From positions 930,001-994,000 of the forward strand of contig NC_135830.1 in NCBI RefSeq assembly GCF_964213995.1: a DNA stretch of 64,000 bases. Direction: 5' to 3'. Below are positions 1 to 12,039 of this stretch, one piece after another. The notes under the pieces are model-generated. The model was not told where the DNA came from. It worked only from the letters and a program-made list of their open reading frames with translations, and did not search any database. Position numbers and translations under genes: made by a program. Each line of letters starts with the position of its first letter. The stretch's first letter is position 1. The DNA is from Mustelus asterias. Lineage: Eukaryota.

Positions 1-556
1 TTTTTCTCCCTAAAAGAAAGAGTGTTCGCGGGGACCAAGTCGAAGTCGTGTAACTTATGCACGTTTTGAATGGAGAAAATATAGAGATACGGTTTTCACT
101 TATGGAGAAGAGCAAAGCTAAAAGCCATCTACACAATTTAATCATCAATAAATCCAATAGTGTACTTAAAATAATCCTCTTCAGCCAAGTACTTGCACGA
201 ATATGGAAATCGTTAGCACGGGGTGTTGTTATTACTGGAGATACATTCAAGGGGATGCTAAACAAACATTTGAGGGATAAGCAATTAAATGGTTATGATG
301 GAAGATATGATTCAAGAAGGGAAGAGGAGGCTCAAGTGAAGCATTTGCAGTGACATGGTCCCACCATCTGAATGCACTATTTATGTGCCAATTCTCTCAT
401 CGTTGTTTTGTGTGATCCAATGAAAGCGAAAAAAAAGTAAACAATTAATTAAGTTATTCTCTTTGTTGAATAGGCCCATTGAGAGAAATTACCAAAAACA
501 GACGTCTGATTTATAGATCAATTTTACAAATATAATGAGACAACTCACGAGCAAGA

Positions 557-1500
557 ATGTTCAATAACCATGACTTGGATGAAAGCGTATATTGGCGTAT
601 TAGTAAGTTTGCAGACGACACAAAAATAGTTGGAGTTGTGGGTCGTGTAGAATTATGTCAAAGGATACAGCTGGGTATGGATCTGTTGCAGACTTCATTT
701 AATCCGGACAAATGTGAGGTGCTGCACTTTGGGCGATCAAATGTTAAGGGTAAATATAAAGTTAATGGAAGAATCTTGAATATCATTAATATACAGAGGA
801 GCCTTGGAGTTCAAGTCCATATCTTTCTGAAAGTCGGCACACAAGTAGATAGAGTGGTAAAGAAGGTGTATGACATGCTTGTCTTCATTTGTCGGGGCAT
901 TGAATGCAAGGGTTACGATGTCAAGTTACAGCTGTATAAGTCTTTGGTTCGGGCATACTTAGAGTATTGCATTTAATTCTGTTCGCGACATTACAGGAAG
1001 GATGTGGAGGCTTGCACAGTGTGGAGAAGAAGTTTACCAGGAAGCTGCCGGGATTTGAGTATGTGAGTTATAAGTGAGGCTGGAAGATTAGACTTGTTTT
1101 ATCTGGAGCAGTGGAGCCTGAGGAGAGACCTAACGGAAGTCTATACAATTATAAAATTCATAGATGGGGTTGACATTCAGAATCTTTTTCCCAGATTTGA
1201 AATTTCATATAATACTAGGGGGCATGCACTGTAGGTGAGAGGGGGAAAGTTGAAGGGCGATGTGAGGGGTACGTATTTTACACATGGTGGTAAGTTTGTG
1301 GAATGCTTTGTCAACGGTGGTGGTGGAGACAAGTAAGATAGAGGCATTAAAGGAGCTTTTAGACAAGAACATGAATGAAAGGTATATAGGAACATCGGCC
1401 AAAGGCAGAGAGAAGGGATTAGTTTACTTTGGCGTCATGTCCGGCACAACATTCTGGGTCGGAGGGCCTGTTCCTGTGCTTTATGTTCTATGTTATGTAA
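557..1500 (+). mobile_element. 5'-truncated decayed CR1 LINE
   Basis: KFADDTK, DKCEVLHFG and LVRAYLEYC motifs with stops; 3' tail ttctatgttatg. Confidence 0.85.
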
Positions 1501-1814
1501 GGTGAAGTGTCCTGATAGAGAAGTGTTATATTGAATTACGAAGGGTTTCTGGAAAGTAGACGTAACGATGTGATTTCCATTTGTAGGTGCACAACAAGTG
1601 AAAACAAATTAGCTCGAAAACATTAGACATCTATTGTTAAATTCAAGGCGGTGTTCAGGCTGTGCAGACCAAGCCAAAGACGTGATAAGAATGTAACTTG
1701 TTATCACAAGAGGTAATTAAGGCGAACAACAGAGATGTACTTGATCAGAATCTAGGTAATTGTATGGATGAGAAAGTAATTGAGGATACATTCATACTGT
1801 GTGATACAGTAAAG

Positions 1815-2100
1815 CGGCAAGGTGGCACAGTGGTTAGCACTGTTGCCTCACAGGGCCAGAGGCACATCTTCAATTCATCCCTCCAGTGACTGTGTGGAGT
1901 TTGCAGGTTTTTCCCGTGTCTCTGTCGGTTTCCTGTTTCCTTCCACACTCCAAAGAGATTAAGTAGATTGACCATGCTAAATTGAACCTTCGTGCCCGAT
2001 TAGCGGGGTAAATACGTGGGGTGAGGGGAACAAGTAGGATTTTTGTCGGTGCAGGCTCGATGGGCCAAGTGACCTCCTTCTGCACTGTCGGGATTCTATG
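1815..2100 (+). mobile_element. HE1-like tRNA-derived SINE
   Basis: ggcacagtggttagcactg head, gtgtggagtttgca core, LINE-derived tail gggcc...cctccttctgcactg...ttctatga. Confidence 0.8.
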
Positions 2101-2509
2101 AGATTGAATAAAGTGGAAGAGCTTCATAAACACCATAACACACCTGTTTACCTACTTGGCGTGTTACAATGTTTTAAATCGCATTCAATAGCGCTTCTAC
2201 ATAGAAAAATCTACCTTTCATTCCTTTTTTCTTGTCTGTCTAAATGTAATTTGCTAGGTGGAGGGTCTTTCACAATCCACACTTTCCAGGAGTTGAAGTA
2301 TTACTCCATGGCTGATTGGAGAATATAATGGTCGACCATCGTTGAGGCGCTCGAATCTGTCGACAAAGAGAATCTGTCCCCCAGTATTAACCGGGGAGCA
2401 CCGGAAGGAGGAAGAACAGAGCTGCTTACTTTCATCAGGCGAGACTAGCACTGAGTACATACGGGAGAACGGCAAATAATTCACGACTACAGTCCCGGAA
2501 TACAAGTTT

Positions 2510-2800
2510 AAATTTTATTTATTAACGTCACAGGTAGGCTTACATGAACACTGCAATGGCGTGACTGTGAAAATCATCAAGTCGCCACACTCCGCCGATT
2601 GCTCCGGAGCACTGATGAATTTAGCATAACGAATGCACCCAACCAGCATGTATTTCGGATTATGGGAGGGAACTGGAGCACCCGGAGGGAACACGCGGAG
2701 ACATGCGGAGAACATGCAGACTCTGCACAGATAGTGAGCAAAGCTGAGAATCGAAACCGGGTCCCTGACGCTGCGCTAACCACTTGCTGCCCAACAAGAC
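2510..2800 (-). mobile_element. SINE variant (HE1-like head, different 3' tail)
   Basis: Same head and core as the HE1-like SINEs; the tail (ttcacagt...cattgcagtg...taagcctac..gtgac..taataaa) is shared with 17570-17880, ~26420-26485 and ~35420-35545. Confidence 0.7.
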
Positions 2801-3379
2801 ACATGGTAAAGGAATGAAATCCTTACGCATATAAGTGTGATGAATACAGGACAACATTTTTGTGCTAGAATTTTGAAGTGTTATTCTGTAAAATTTGACA
2901 TCGTATTAGAGCATCGTGAAATGACAGTAGCTTGTTCACTGCACGGGTTGTGTGTTCTGACCCGGGCTGGGAGTTTGCAACAAATAATAGGAAACATATC
3001 AAGAATGATAGCGATACTGATGATGAGAAATATCATGTTAATTATGATGATGATGTTCACAATAATAACATTTCGAGACCTTAAAGAAAACTGCCGTTGG
3101 TAATGGCAAGAAATGAGCCAGATGTTTTTGAATCATGGTGATTTCTGTCGTGTGTCCAATTCTTGTTGTGTGTGTGGCTTTGAATATTGTGAAAGGATTC
3201 CAGTTTAAGACAGGTTTGTCTTAGTTCTTCCAATAAAGTCAGGGATTTTGTTTTTAGAAATCAATAATTTACTGGGCAAAACGATGATCTATTGTAACTA
3301 GTTCTCCCAGCGCAGGGTAAATCAATGTTTAATAAAGGAAGCGTGCGAGATCAGGCAGCAATGAGTTAAGGAGCGAAAT

Positions 3380-3873
3380 ACAAAGAACAAAAGAAAAAAG
3401 AACAATACAGCACAGGAACAGGCCCTTCGGCCCTCCAAGCCCACGCCGCTCCTTGGTCCAAACTAGACCATTCTTTTGTATCCCTCCATTCCCACTCCGT
3501 TCATGTGGCTGCCTAGATAAGTCTTAAACGTTCCCAGTGTGTCCGCCTCCACCACCTTGCCTGGCAGCGCATTACAGGCCCCACCACCCTCGGTGTAAAA
3601 TACGTCCTTCTGATATCCGTGTTGAACCTTCCCCCCCCCCCCCCCCCCGCCCCCTCACCTGGAACCTATAGCCCCTCGTGAACGTCACAACCGATCTGGG
3701 AAAAAGCTTCCCACCGTTCACCCTATCTATGCCTTTTATAATTTTATATACCTCTATTAGGTCACCCCTCATCCTCCGTCTTTCCAGTGAGAACAACCCC
3801 AGTTTACCCAATCTCTCCTCATAACTAAGCCCTTCCATGCCAGGCAACATCCTGGTAAACCTCCTCTGCACTC
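3380..3873 (-). mobile_element. 5'-truncated CR1 (TTCTTTG-tail subfamily)
   Basis: [20 protein letters not shown]; near-identical to the 3' part of 9650-10652. Confidence 0.9.
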
Positions 3874-5089
3874 AAAATGTCAAACTGTTTGAGATGCAGC
3901 TTTGGAATTCATCGGGAGAGTGGAATTCATATCTTCAGTAAAATTCCACATATACCTTAATGTTATTGTGCTCAATATATACCGCCCCACTCCGCATCAG
4001 AAATTTTACGGAGCATTCTTTCTCACCCTTTGTGATTCTATATGATGTGGCCGTTATCTGTCTGGGATTAACAGAGAATGATTAATGGCTTCCTTTCCGA
4101 TAACGCGAGCTTGAGAAGTTCAGAGAGTCTGTTCAGGAAACTTGCCTGCTGCTGATAGTGGCCTCGAACAGTTTCCATGGTTACTCACTGTTTAGAAGCA
4201 AAAAGGAAACTGCCTCAGAAGTCACTGATTACCACTGATATGTCGTAAACACAATGGATACAGGAATATGGCATTGCAGTTACTTTGTACCATGAAAAAT
4301 GTTTATCTATTATATTATTCTTTGTGTTTGCCCCAGAGCCCTTTCTCAATGCCATAATAATCCCACATTGCCGCTCTTTTCACATTGTTCTGTATCAATT
4401 AGCAATCTAATTCCACTGTTCCACTCTGCCCCATAGTTCTGTATCAATTTACAAATTAATACAACTTCCTGACACTTTCCCAATGGCTCTCTACCAATTC
4501 AGAAACTAATCTCCAAGCCCACTCTCACCCCATAACATTGCGATATTCTTAAATTAACGGTAGTGGTCTATCTTCGCCACAGAGAATAATTATTCCTCCA
4601 ATCAAAAGCCTCACTCTGCGCTCCATGTCCCTGCTATTTTCCAATTCCTTGCCTCTCTCTGTCACTATCAGTTTCTACGCTCTTTACCATTTATGAGGCT
4701 CAGACAAAACCTATTGCCACACTCTCGCCACGTGATCCAATGTCAATCTGAAAGAAATTGCATGACTCCTGTCCCTCGTAACAACCCTGCACCGATATCA
4801 AGATAACTTAAATGTCTATTTGTCAAAAATTGTCTTGAGCAATCCGAAAATAAACCCAATATCCCGTCTTTCCCCTCGCCCTATATCAATTGCAAACTCA
4901 TTCCACTACTCCTCTCAATTCCCGCAGTCATGTATCAATCTATATTGATCATAATCATAATATCATCATTGGAGCAGCAGATTATTAAAAAGCTCAAGCC
5001 ATAGAATAGGTCCACGGCTTATATGACTGTAACCTTTCCTTCACTGTTTTTACTTTCCTCACAAGAGACGATAATTTACTGCAGCCAAC

Positions 5090-5210
5090 AAAGAACAAAG
5101 AACAAGGAACAAGCACAGGAACAGGCCCTTCGGCCCTCCAAGCCCGTGCCGCTCCCTGGTCCAAACTAGATCATTCTTTTGTATCCCTCCATTCCCACTC
5201 CGTTCATATT
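5090..5210 (-). mobile_element. CR1 3' UTR fragment (TTCTTTG-tail subfamily)
   Basis: caaagaac repeats + gcacaggaacaggcccttcggccctccaagccc. Confidence 0.85.
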
Positions 5211-5957
5211 GCAGTCGATATAAGTTCGTACTGCAGTCTATCTCAGAACCCTGCAGCAAGACCAAACCAATCCAATTACCTCTCCCTGTCTCATTATCCC
5301 TGCATCATTTACATATGAATGCCTCTGCCCCACATACGCACCATTATAGCACTGTATCTTTTCCAGACTAATCCCAGTGTCCGGTGCTGTGCCATAAACC
5401 TCGTATCATTTCCATACTACTCCCACTGCCACAGGTTCATCTATAGCCCTGAAGCTTGCACAGATTAATTGCCCTTCCAGCCTACCTCCCCTGTAGATCC
5501 ATAACAAACCCAAACTAATCCACTATTAATGTCGCTTCCAGTAGTCCGGGGTAAATTACAAAGTAATTATGCATATCAATAACTCCCCATAGCACTGCAT
5601 TAATCCCTAAATAAAATAACGTCACTGCTCTCTGCCCTTCACCATACATAATTCCCAAATTAGTTTCACTGTTCCCTCTTTCAGCATAGTCATTTATCAT
5701 TGATGAACTAGAAATATTGGCCCATCTTCGCTCCCTATATCTTTACAGACTCAAACCTAATGCCGACTGTTCACTTTCTCCAACGGTCCCTGTACATACG
5801 CTAAACTAATCGCACTGCTTCACATCATCTCCATCGTTCTCCATCGATGAGAATATTTTCCCATTTTGGCTACTCTCTCCACATCAACCAGTATTAATTC
5901 CAAACTAAACCTACAGGATCAATCCGAACCTATACACAGCATCGCTTCATCACGAGA

Positions 5958-6297
5958 TCATAGAAGTCATAGAAATCCGACAGTGCAGAAGGAGGCCATT
6001 CGGCCCATCGAGTCTGCACCGACCACAATCCCACCCAGGCCCTTCCCCCACATATTTTACCCGCTAATCCCTCTAACCTACACATCCCAGGACTCTAAGG
6101 GGCAATTTTTTAACCTGGCCAATCAACCTAACCCGCACATCTTTGGACTGTGGGAGGAAACTGGAGCACCCGGAGGAAACCCACGCAGACACGAGGAGAA
6201 TGTGCAAACTCCACACAGACAGTGACCCGAGCCGGGAATAGAACCCGGGACCCTGGAGCTGTGAAGCAGCAGTGCTAACCACTGTGCTACCGTGCCG
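5958..6297 (-). mobile_element. HE1-like SINE, young full-length copy
   Basis: A/B-box head (gtggttagcactg; gggttctattccc), core and ttctatga tail; near-identical to the copies at 11606 and 54301. Confidence 0.9.
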
Positions 6298-6699
6298 ATC
6301 CAAAAAAGATTGCATTATCTCACTTGGTGTCCACAGCTCTGGCCAATCCAAAATGTGCCATGCTGCCATATTATGTCTCACAGTGTTCACATCGAGTTTT
6401 CAACTGAGTACTATTCACATCATTGGAACTCTCACCATAGCTGTATATCAGTAAGAAAATCAACCGTTACAGTCTCTAATCCAAAACCCTTAAATTTATA
6501 GAGAGCTACATTTTCTGCTCCACCCTGCCCGTAGTAAAGTGGGAATCCAAAGCAAACTACAAAGCCCTGTGCATCCTGATAGTTCTGCTAAACTACTAAA
6601 CAAATTCCACAATGCTTCTCTCACTACTTACAAAGAAAACAATCCTAAACTATTCTGTATCCTCTGTTATGACTCAGCAGGATCTGGGCGTGCAGGTTT

Positions 6700-7110
6700 A
6701 CCCTAACAGTGGACAACACAGGGGCCAAGGTGACTAAGTAGGCACATGACATGCATGCCTTCAAAAACCGTGGCAATGAGTAAAGGAGTTGGAAAAACAT
6801 GTTGCACATATATAAAACGTTGGTTCGGCCGCATTTGAAGTTTTGGGTACAGCCCAGAGGGACGTGGAAGTTTGGAGAGAATGCAAAGAAGATTCAGCAG
6901 GATGTTCCCTGGTCTCAAAGGTGTTGTCTAAGAGGAGAGGTTGAATGAACTCGGATTTTCACTGGAAAGACGGAGGCTGAGGGGAGAAATTATGGGATGC
7001 ATAGACAGAGTGGATAGCCAAAGGTTTTTTTCCAAGGGTGGAAATATCAATCACAAGGGGGCACAGATTCAAGATGAGAGGAGGGATGTTTAAGGGAGAT
7101 GTGCGGGGCT
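6700..7110 (+). mobile_element. Decayed CR1 RT 3' fragment
   Basis: ttggagagaatgcaaagaagattcagcaggatgtt and ctggaaagacggaggctgaggggaga match the CR1 ORF2 C-terminal region. Confidence 0.7.
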
Positions 7111-7112
7111 AG

Positions 7113-7146
7113 TGAGCGCATGAGCGCGTGAGCGCATGAGCGCATG
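7113..7146. repeat. 8-bp tandem repeat (tgagcgca)n
   Basis: tgagcgcatgagcgcgtgagcgcatgagcgcatg followed by a T-run. Confidence 0.8.
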
Positions 7147-8108
7147 GCGATTTTTTTTTTTTGGCCAGCTTGTGTCTTTATAAGCAATACTAAATTTCTG
7201 TACTGCCAAGCTAATAACTATGGTACACATTTTAAGAAACAACTTTGGTATTGGACAGCCTACTGTCCATAAGTGCTGCCGATCTCTGTTTCCAGAATGC
7301 ATTAGAAAACATTCCATTCACAAAGAAATGTTAGGCTACAGTACTGCGAATGGAATTAAAGGGAAATTTTCCACTTGTTTAGACCAGTGAGGAAGTAGAA
7401 GACAGACTGAAAGCCCAACGGACCCTGAAAGATATAGTGCTTCAGCACTATCAGTCTTTGGTCTCAGCTATTCATTATATGCCTCAGAATTTGGATAACA
7501 CAATTTAAAATTATATGTCCAAGTTTTCTGATCCCGAAATAGTTGGTGGTATATTAATTATTGTAGATGTAGCATAGAATTACAAAGGAGCATGACAATT
7601 TAGGTGAATGGATTAAATTGTGGATGACCTTCCACATAGGTAAATGCGGGGGCAGCTAATTGGGAATAAAGTAAATGCCGGAATTGTTGAAGTGAATGAA
7701 GAAAACAAATGGGGAAAGTGACTTCCAAAATAGGTTAAGAATCCACGTCAGCAAATGACTAAAATAACGAAAAAAATGAATGAAAATTATTCAAAAATGC
7801 CAACTGCAAGTTAGTCTTCAATAACCACAAGGCTGGACAGAAAAGCAGCAGATATTTTGTGCAGCAACAGAAAGTCCTTCCACGAACAAATCTGGAGCAT
7901 CATGAAAAATAATTTAAAGTAGTCAAGATGGAAGTATTGTCCATGAAATAAACACTTTGCCGAAGATGATTGGTGAGGGTAGGGCAATGGATGTTGTCTG
8001 CATGGACTTCAGTAAGGTATTTGATAAGGTCCCTCATGGCAAACAGGTGCAGAAGTCGCTTGGGATAAGAGATGAGCTGGCAAGGTGGATACAGACCTGG
8101 CTCAATCA

Positions 8109-8292
8109 GTATTCTGTAACTTGATTTTGTGTCTCTGTGCCCAGTTTGAGAGCAGATTTCCACTCCATCTGACGAAGGAGCAGCGCTCCGAAAGCTAATG
8201 GCATTTGCTACCAAATAAACCTGTTGGACTTTAATCTGGTTTTGTTAAAACTCTTACTGTGCTTATCCCAGTCCAAGGCCGGCATCTCCACA
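8109..8292 (+). mobile_element. Solo Penelope-like pseudo-LTR with 7-bp TSD (tcaatca)
   Basis: Ends in ...ccggcatctccacatc, matching the 3' end of the Penelope element at 10653; tcaatca at 8102-8108 and 8293-8299. Confidence 0.8.
8165..8201 (+). ncRNA. Minimal type I hammerhead ribozyme motif
   Basis: ccat-CTGACGA-a-ggagc(agc)gctcc-GAAA-gc-TA-atgg: stem I ccat/atgg, intact core, perfect stem II, palindromic minimal stem III (AGCT). Confidence 0.75.
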
Positions 8293-9649
8293 TCAATCAT
8301 AGAACTCAGAGAGTAGAAGTGGAAGTATGTGTTCCTGAATGGAGGGCTGTGACAAGTGGCGTTCCTCAGGGACCAGTGCTGGGACCTATTTTATTTGTAA
8401 TATATATAAATCATTTGGAGAAAAATGTAACTGGTTTGATTAGTAAGTTTGCAGACAACACAAAGGTTGGTGGATTTGCGAATAGAGATGAGGGCCATCA
8501 GAGGAGACAGCAGGACATAGATATGTTGGAGACTTGGGTAGAAAGAGAGCAGATGGAGCTCAATCCGGACAAATGTGAGTTAATGCATTTTGGGAGGTCT
8601 AATGCAGATTGGAAATATACAATAAATGGCAGAACCCTTAAGATTATTGATAGGCAGAGGGGTCTGAGTGCATAGGTACACAGGTCACTGACAGTGGCAA
8701 TGTGGGTGGAGAAGGGAGTCAAGAAGGCATACGGCATGCTTGCGCTCATCGGCCGGGGCATTGAGTTTAAAAATTGGCAAGTCATGTTGCAGCTTTATAG
8801 AACCTTAGTTAGGGCGCACTTGGAATATAGTGATCAATTCTGGTCGCCACACTACCAGAAGGATGTGGAGGCTTTGGAGAGGGTACAGAAAAGATTTACG
8901 AGGATGTTGCCTGGTATGGAGGGCATTAGCTATGAGGAGTGGTTGGAGAAACATGGTTTATTCTTACTAGAATGACGAAGTTTGAGAGGTGAACTGATAG
9001 AAGTCTACAAGATTATGAGAGGTATGGACGGAATAGATGGTCAGAACATTTTCCCATGGTGGAAGGGTCAATTACTAGGGGGCATAGGCTTAAGGTGTGC
9101 GGGGCAAGGTTTAAAGGAGATGTACGAGGCAAGCTGTTTTACACAGGGGGTGCTGGGTGCCTGGAACTCGCTGCTGGAGGAGTTGTGGAAGCAGATACGA
9201 TAGTGACTTATAAGGGGCGTCTTGACAAATGCATGAATAGGATGGGAATAGTCGGATACGGTCCCCAGAATGGTAGGAGTTTTTAGTTCAGTCAGGCAGC
9301 ATGGTCGATGCAGACTAGGAGGGCCGAAGGGCCTGTTCCTGTGCTGTAATTTTCTTTGTTCTCTTTGATCTTTATTCTATCTCAATGTTAGCAGGCGTCG
9401 CAGTATTACATCATGAATAGAAATTCTAGAAACTCGGCTATTATTCCATGCATTCTAAATTCCTAAATGGGGACTTGATCGCTTTCTTTTAAAAATGAGT
9501 CGATCGAGGCAACCAGACCTTTCTGCTTTTGGAGATGTGCACTGAAGAAAGTGGACATGGTCTCCAGCTGAATGTCAGGCCATTCAGAGCGTTGATATCG
9601 AATGCTTTTTCGTGAAAATTATGGTGGAGCTGAGCAACCCTTTCCAACA

Positions 9650-10652
9650 AACAAAGAACAAAGAACAATACAGCACAGGAACAGGCCCTTCGGCCCTCCA
9701 AGCCCGCGCCGCTCCCTGGTCCAAACTGGACCATTCTTTTGTATCCCTCCATTCCCACTCCGTTCATATGGCTGTCCAGATAAGTCTTAAACGTTCCCAG
9801 TGTGTCCGCCTCCACCACCTTGCCTGGCAGCGCATTCCAGGCCCCCACCACCCTCTGTGTAAAATATGTCCGTCTGATATCTGTGTTAAACCTCCCCCCC
9901 TTCACCTTGAACCTATGACCCCTCGTGAACGTCACCACCGACCTGGGGAAAAGCTTCCCACCGTTCACCCTATCCATGCCTTTCATAATTTTATACACCT
10001 CTATTAAGTTTCCCCTCATCCTCCGTCTTTCCAGGGAGAACAACCCCAGTTTACCCAATCTCTCCTCATAACTAAGCCCCTCCATACCAGGTAACATCCT
10101 GGTAAACCTCCTCTGTACTCTCTCCAAAGCCTCCACGTCCTTCTGGTAGTGTGGCGACCAGAACTGGACGCAGTATTCCAGATGCGGCCGAACCAACGTT
10201 CTATACATCTGCAACATCAGACCCCAACTCTTATACTCTATGCCCCGTCCTATAAAGGCAAGCATGCCATATGCCTTCTTCACCACCTTCTTCACCTGTG
10301 ACGTCACTTTCAAGGATCTGTGGACTTGCACACCCAGGTCTCTCTGCGTACCTACACCCTTTATGGTTCTGCCATTTATCATATAGATCCTCCCTACATT
10401 ATTTCTACCAAAATGCATCACTTCGCATTTATCAGGATTGAACTCCATCTGCCATTTCTTTGCCGAAATTTCCAGCCTATCTATATCCTTCTGTAGCTTC
10501 TGCCAATGCTCCGCACTATCTGCAAGTCCTGCCAATTTTGTGTCATCCGCAAACTTACTGATCACCCCAGTTACACCTTCTTCCAGATCATTTATATAAA
10601 TCACAAACAGCAGAGGTCCCAATACAGAGCCCTGCGGAACACCACTAGTCAT
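9650..10652 (-). mobile_element. 5'-truncated young CR1 (TTCTTTG-tail subfamily), open RT C-terminal half
   Basis: [15 protein letters not shown]...KFADDTK...LVRPHLEYC without stops; (caaagaa)n tail. Confidence 0.95.
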
Positions 10653-11595
10653 GATGTGGAGATGCCGGCGTTGGACTGGGGTAAACACAGTAAGAAGTTT
10701 AACAACACCAGGTTAAAGTCCAACAGGTTTATTTGGTAGCAAAAGCCACACAAGCTTTCGAGGCTCTAAGCCCCTTCTTCAGGTGAGTGGGAATTCTGTT
10801 CACAAACAGAATTTATAAAGACACAGACTCAATTTACATGAATAATGGTTGGAATGCGAATACTTACAACTAATCCAGTCTTTAAGAAACAAAACAATGG
10901 GAGTGGAGAGAGCATCAAGACAGGCTAAAAAGATGTGTATTGTCTCCAGACAAGACAGCCAGTGAAACTCTGCAGGTCCACGCAACTGTGGGAGTTACAA
11001 ATATTGTGACATGAACCCAATATCCCGGTTGAGGCCGTCCTTGTGTGTGCGGAACTTGGCTATCAGTTTCTGCTCAGCGACTCTGCGCTGTCGTGTGTCG
11101 CGAAGGCCGCCTTGGAGAACGCTTACCCGAATATCAGAGGCCGAATGCCCGTGACCGCTGAAGTGCTCCCCAACAGGAAGAGAACAGTCTTGCCTGGTGA
11201 TTGTCGAGCGGTGTTCATTCATCCGTTGTCGCAGCGTCTGCATAGTTTCCCCAATGTACCATGCCTCGGGACATCCTTTCTTGCAGCGTATCAGGTAGAC
11301 AACGTTGGCCGAGTTGCAAGAGTATGTACCGTGTACCTGGTGGATGGTGTTCTCACGTGAGATGATGGCATCTGTGTCGATGATCCGGCACGTCTTGCAG
11401 AGGTTGCTGTGGCAGGGTTGTGTGGTGTCTTGGTCACTGTTCTCCTGAAGGCTGGGTAGTTTGCTGCGGACAATGGTCTGTTTGAGGTTGTGCGGTTGTT
11501 TGAAGGCAAGAAGTGGGGGTGTGGGGATGGCCTTGGCGAGATGTTCGTCTTCATCAATGACATGTTGAAGGCTCCGGAGGAGATGCCGTAGCTGA
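10653..11595 (-). mobile_element. 5'-truncated Penelope-like element (GIY-YIG endonuclease end + pseudo-LTR)
   Basis: ORF part 10995-11592: PLLAFKQPHNLKQ...PCHSNLCKTC...CNSANVVYLIRC...WYIGET...LRQRMNEH...VGEHF...GLNRD, the typical Penelope C-terminus; 3' pLTR at 10653-10800. Confidence 0.9.
10749..10785 (-). ncRNA. Minimal hammerhead ribozyme motif in the Penelope pLTR
   Basis: Minus strand: cac-CTGAAGA-aggggcttagagcctc-GAAA-gc-TT-gtg. Confidence 0.65.
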
Positions 11596-11605
11596 CCGTG
11601 GCGGC

Positions 11606-11947
11606 ACGGCAGCACAGTGGTTAGCACTGCTGCTTCACAGCTCCAGGGTCCCGGGTTCGATTCCCGGCTCGGGTCACTGTCTGTGTGGAGTTTGCTTATT
11701 CTCCTCGTGTCTGCGTGGGTTTCCTCCGGGTGCTCAGGTTTCCTCCCACAGTCCAAAGATGTGCGGGTTAGGTTGATTGGTCAGGTTAAAAATTGCCCCT
11801 GAGAGTCCTGAGATGCATAGGTTAGAGGGATTAGTGGGTAAATATGTGGGGGTAGGGCCTGGGTGGGATTGTGGTCGGTGCAGACTCGATGGGCCGAATG
11901 GCCTCCTTCTGTACTGTAGGGTTTCTATGAGTTCTATGATTTCTATG
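11606..11947 (+). mobile_element. HE1-like SINE, full-length
   Basis: gtggttagcactg A box, gggttcgattccc B box, tail gggccgaatggcctccttctg...ttctatga. Confidence 0.9.
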
Positions 11948-12039
11948 TTCACTGAAGACGACGGATCAGGCACAGGGCTGAAACTTCGAGAGAAGCTATT
12001 CAATGGAGGTGGGAGAAAGCGCTACTTGTGTCAGAACAG

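Larger units (their letters stand above)
4340..6660. repeat. Decayed ~50-bp tandem array interrupted by a CR1 tail and a SINE
   Basis: Recurrent unit like ctgtatcaatt-caaactaatcccactg-cccactct-cccatag (e.g. 4390, 4439, 4881, 5352, 5790); similar remnant at ~13590-13860. Confidence 0.6.
7930..9370 (+). mobile_element. 5'-truncated CR1 interrupted by a Penelope pseudo-LTR insertion
   Basis: RT motifs GVPQGPVLGP, KFADNTK, LVRAHLEY with stops; insertion at 8109-8292. Confidence 0.9.

Noticed and set aside
5866-6390. Recurrent small ORFs (STVVSTAASQLQGPGF...) as a gene family
   Set aside because: They are translations of HE1-like SINE copies.
11606-11680. tRNA gene
   Set aside because: The A and B boxes belong to a SINE head; the sequence continues into the SINE core and LINE-derived tail.
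10995-11756. 253-aa ORF as a novel nuclease gene
   Set aside because: Chimera of antisense SINE sequence and a truncated Penelope GIY-YIG domain.
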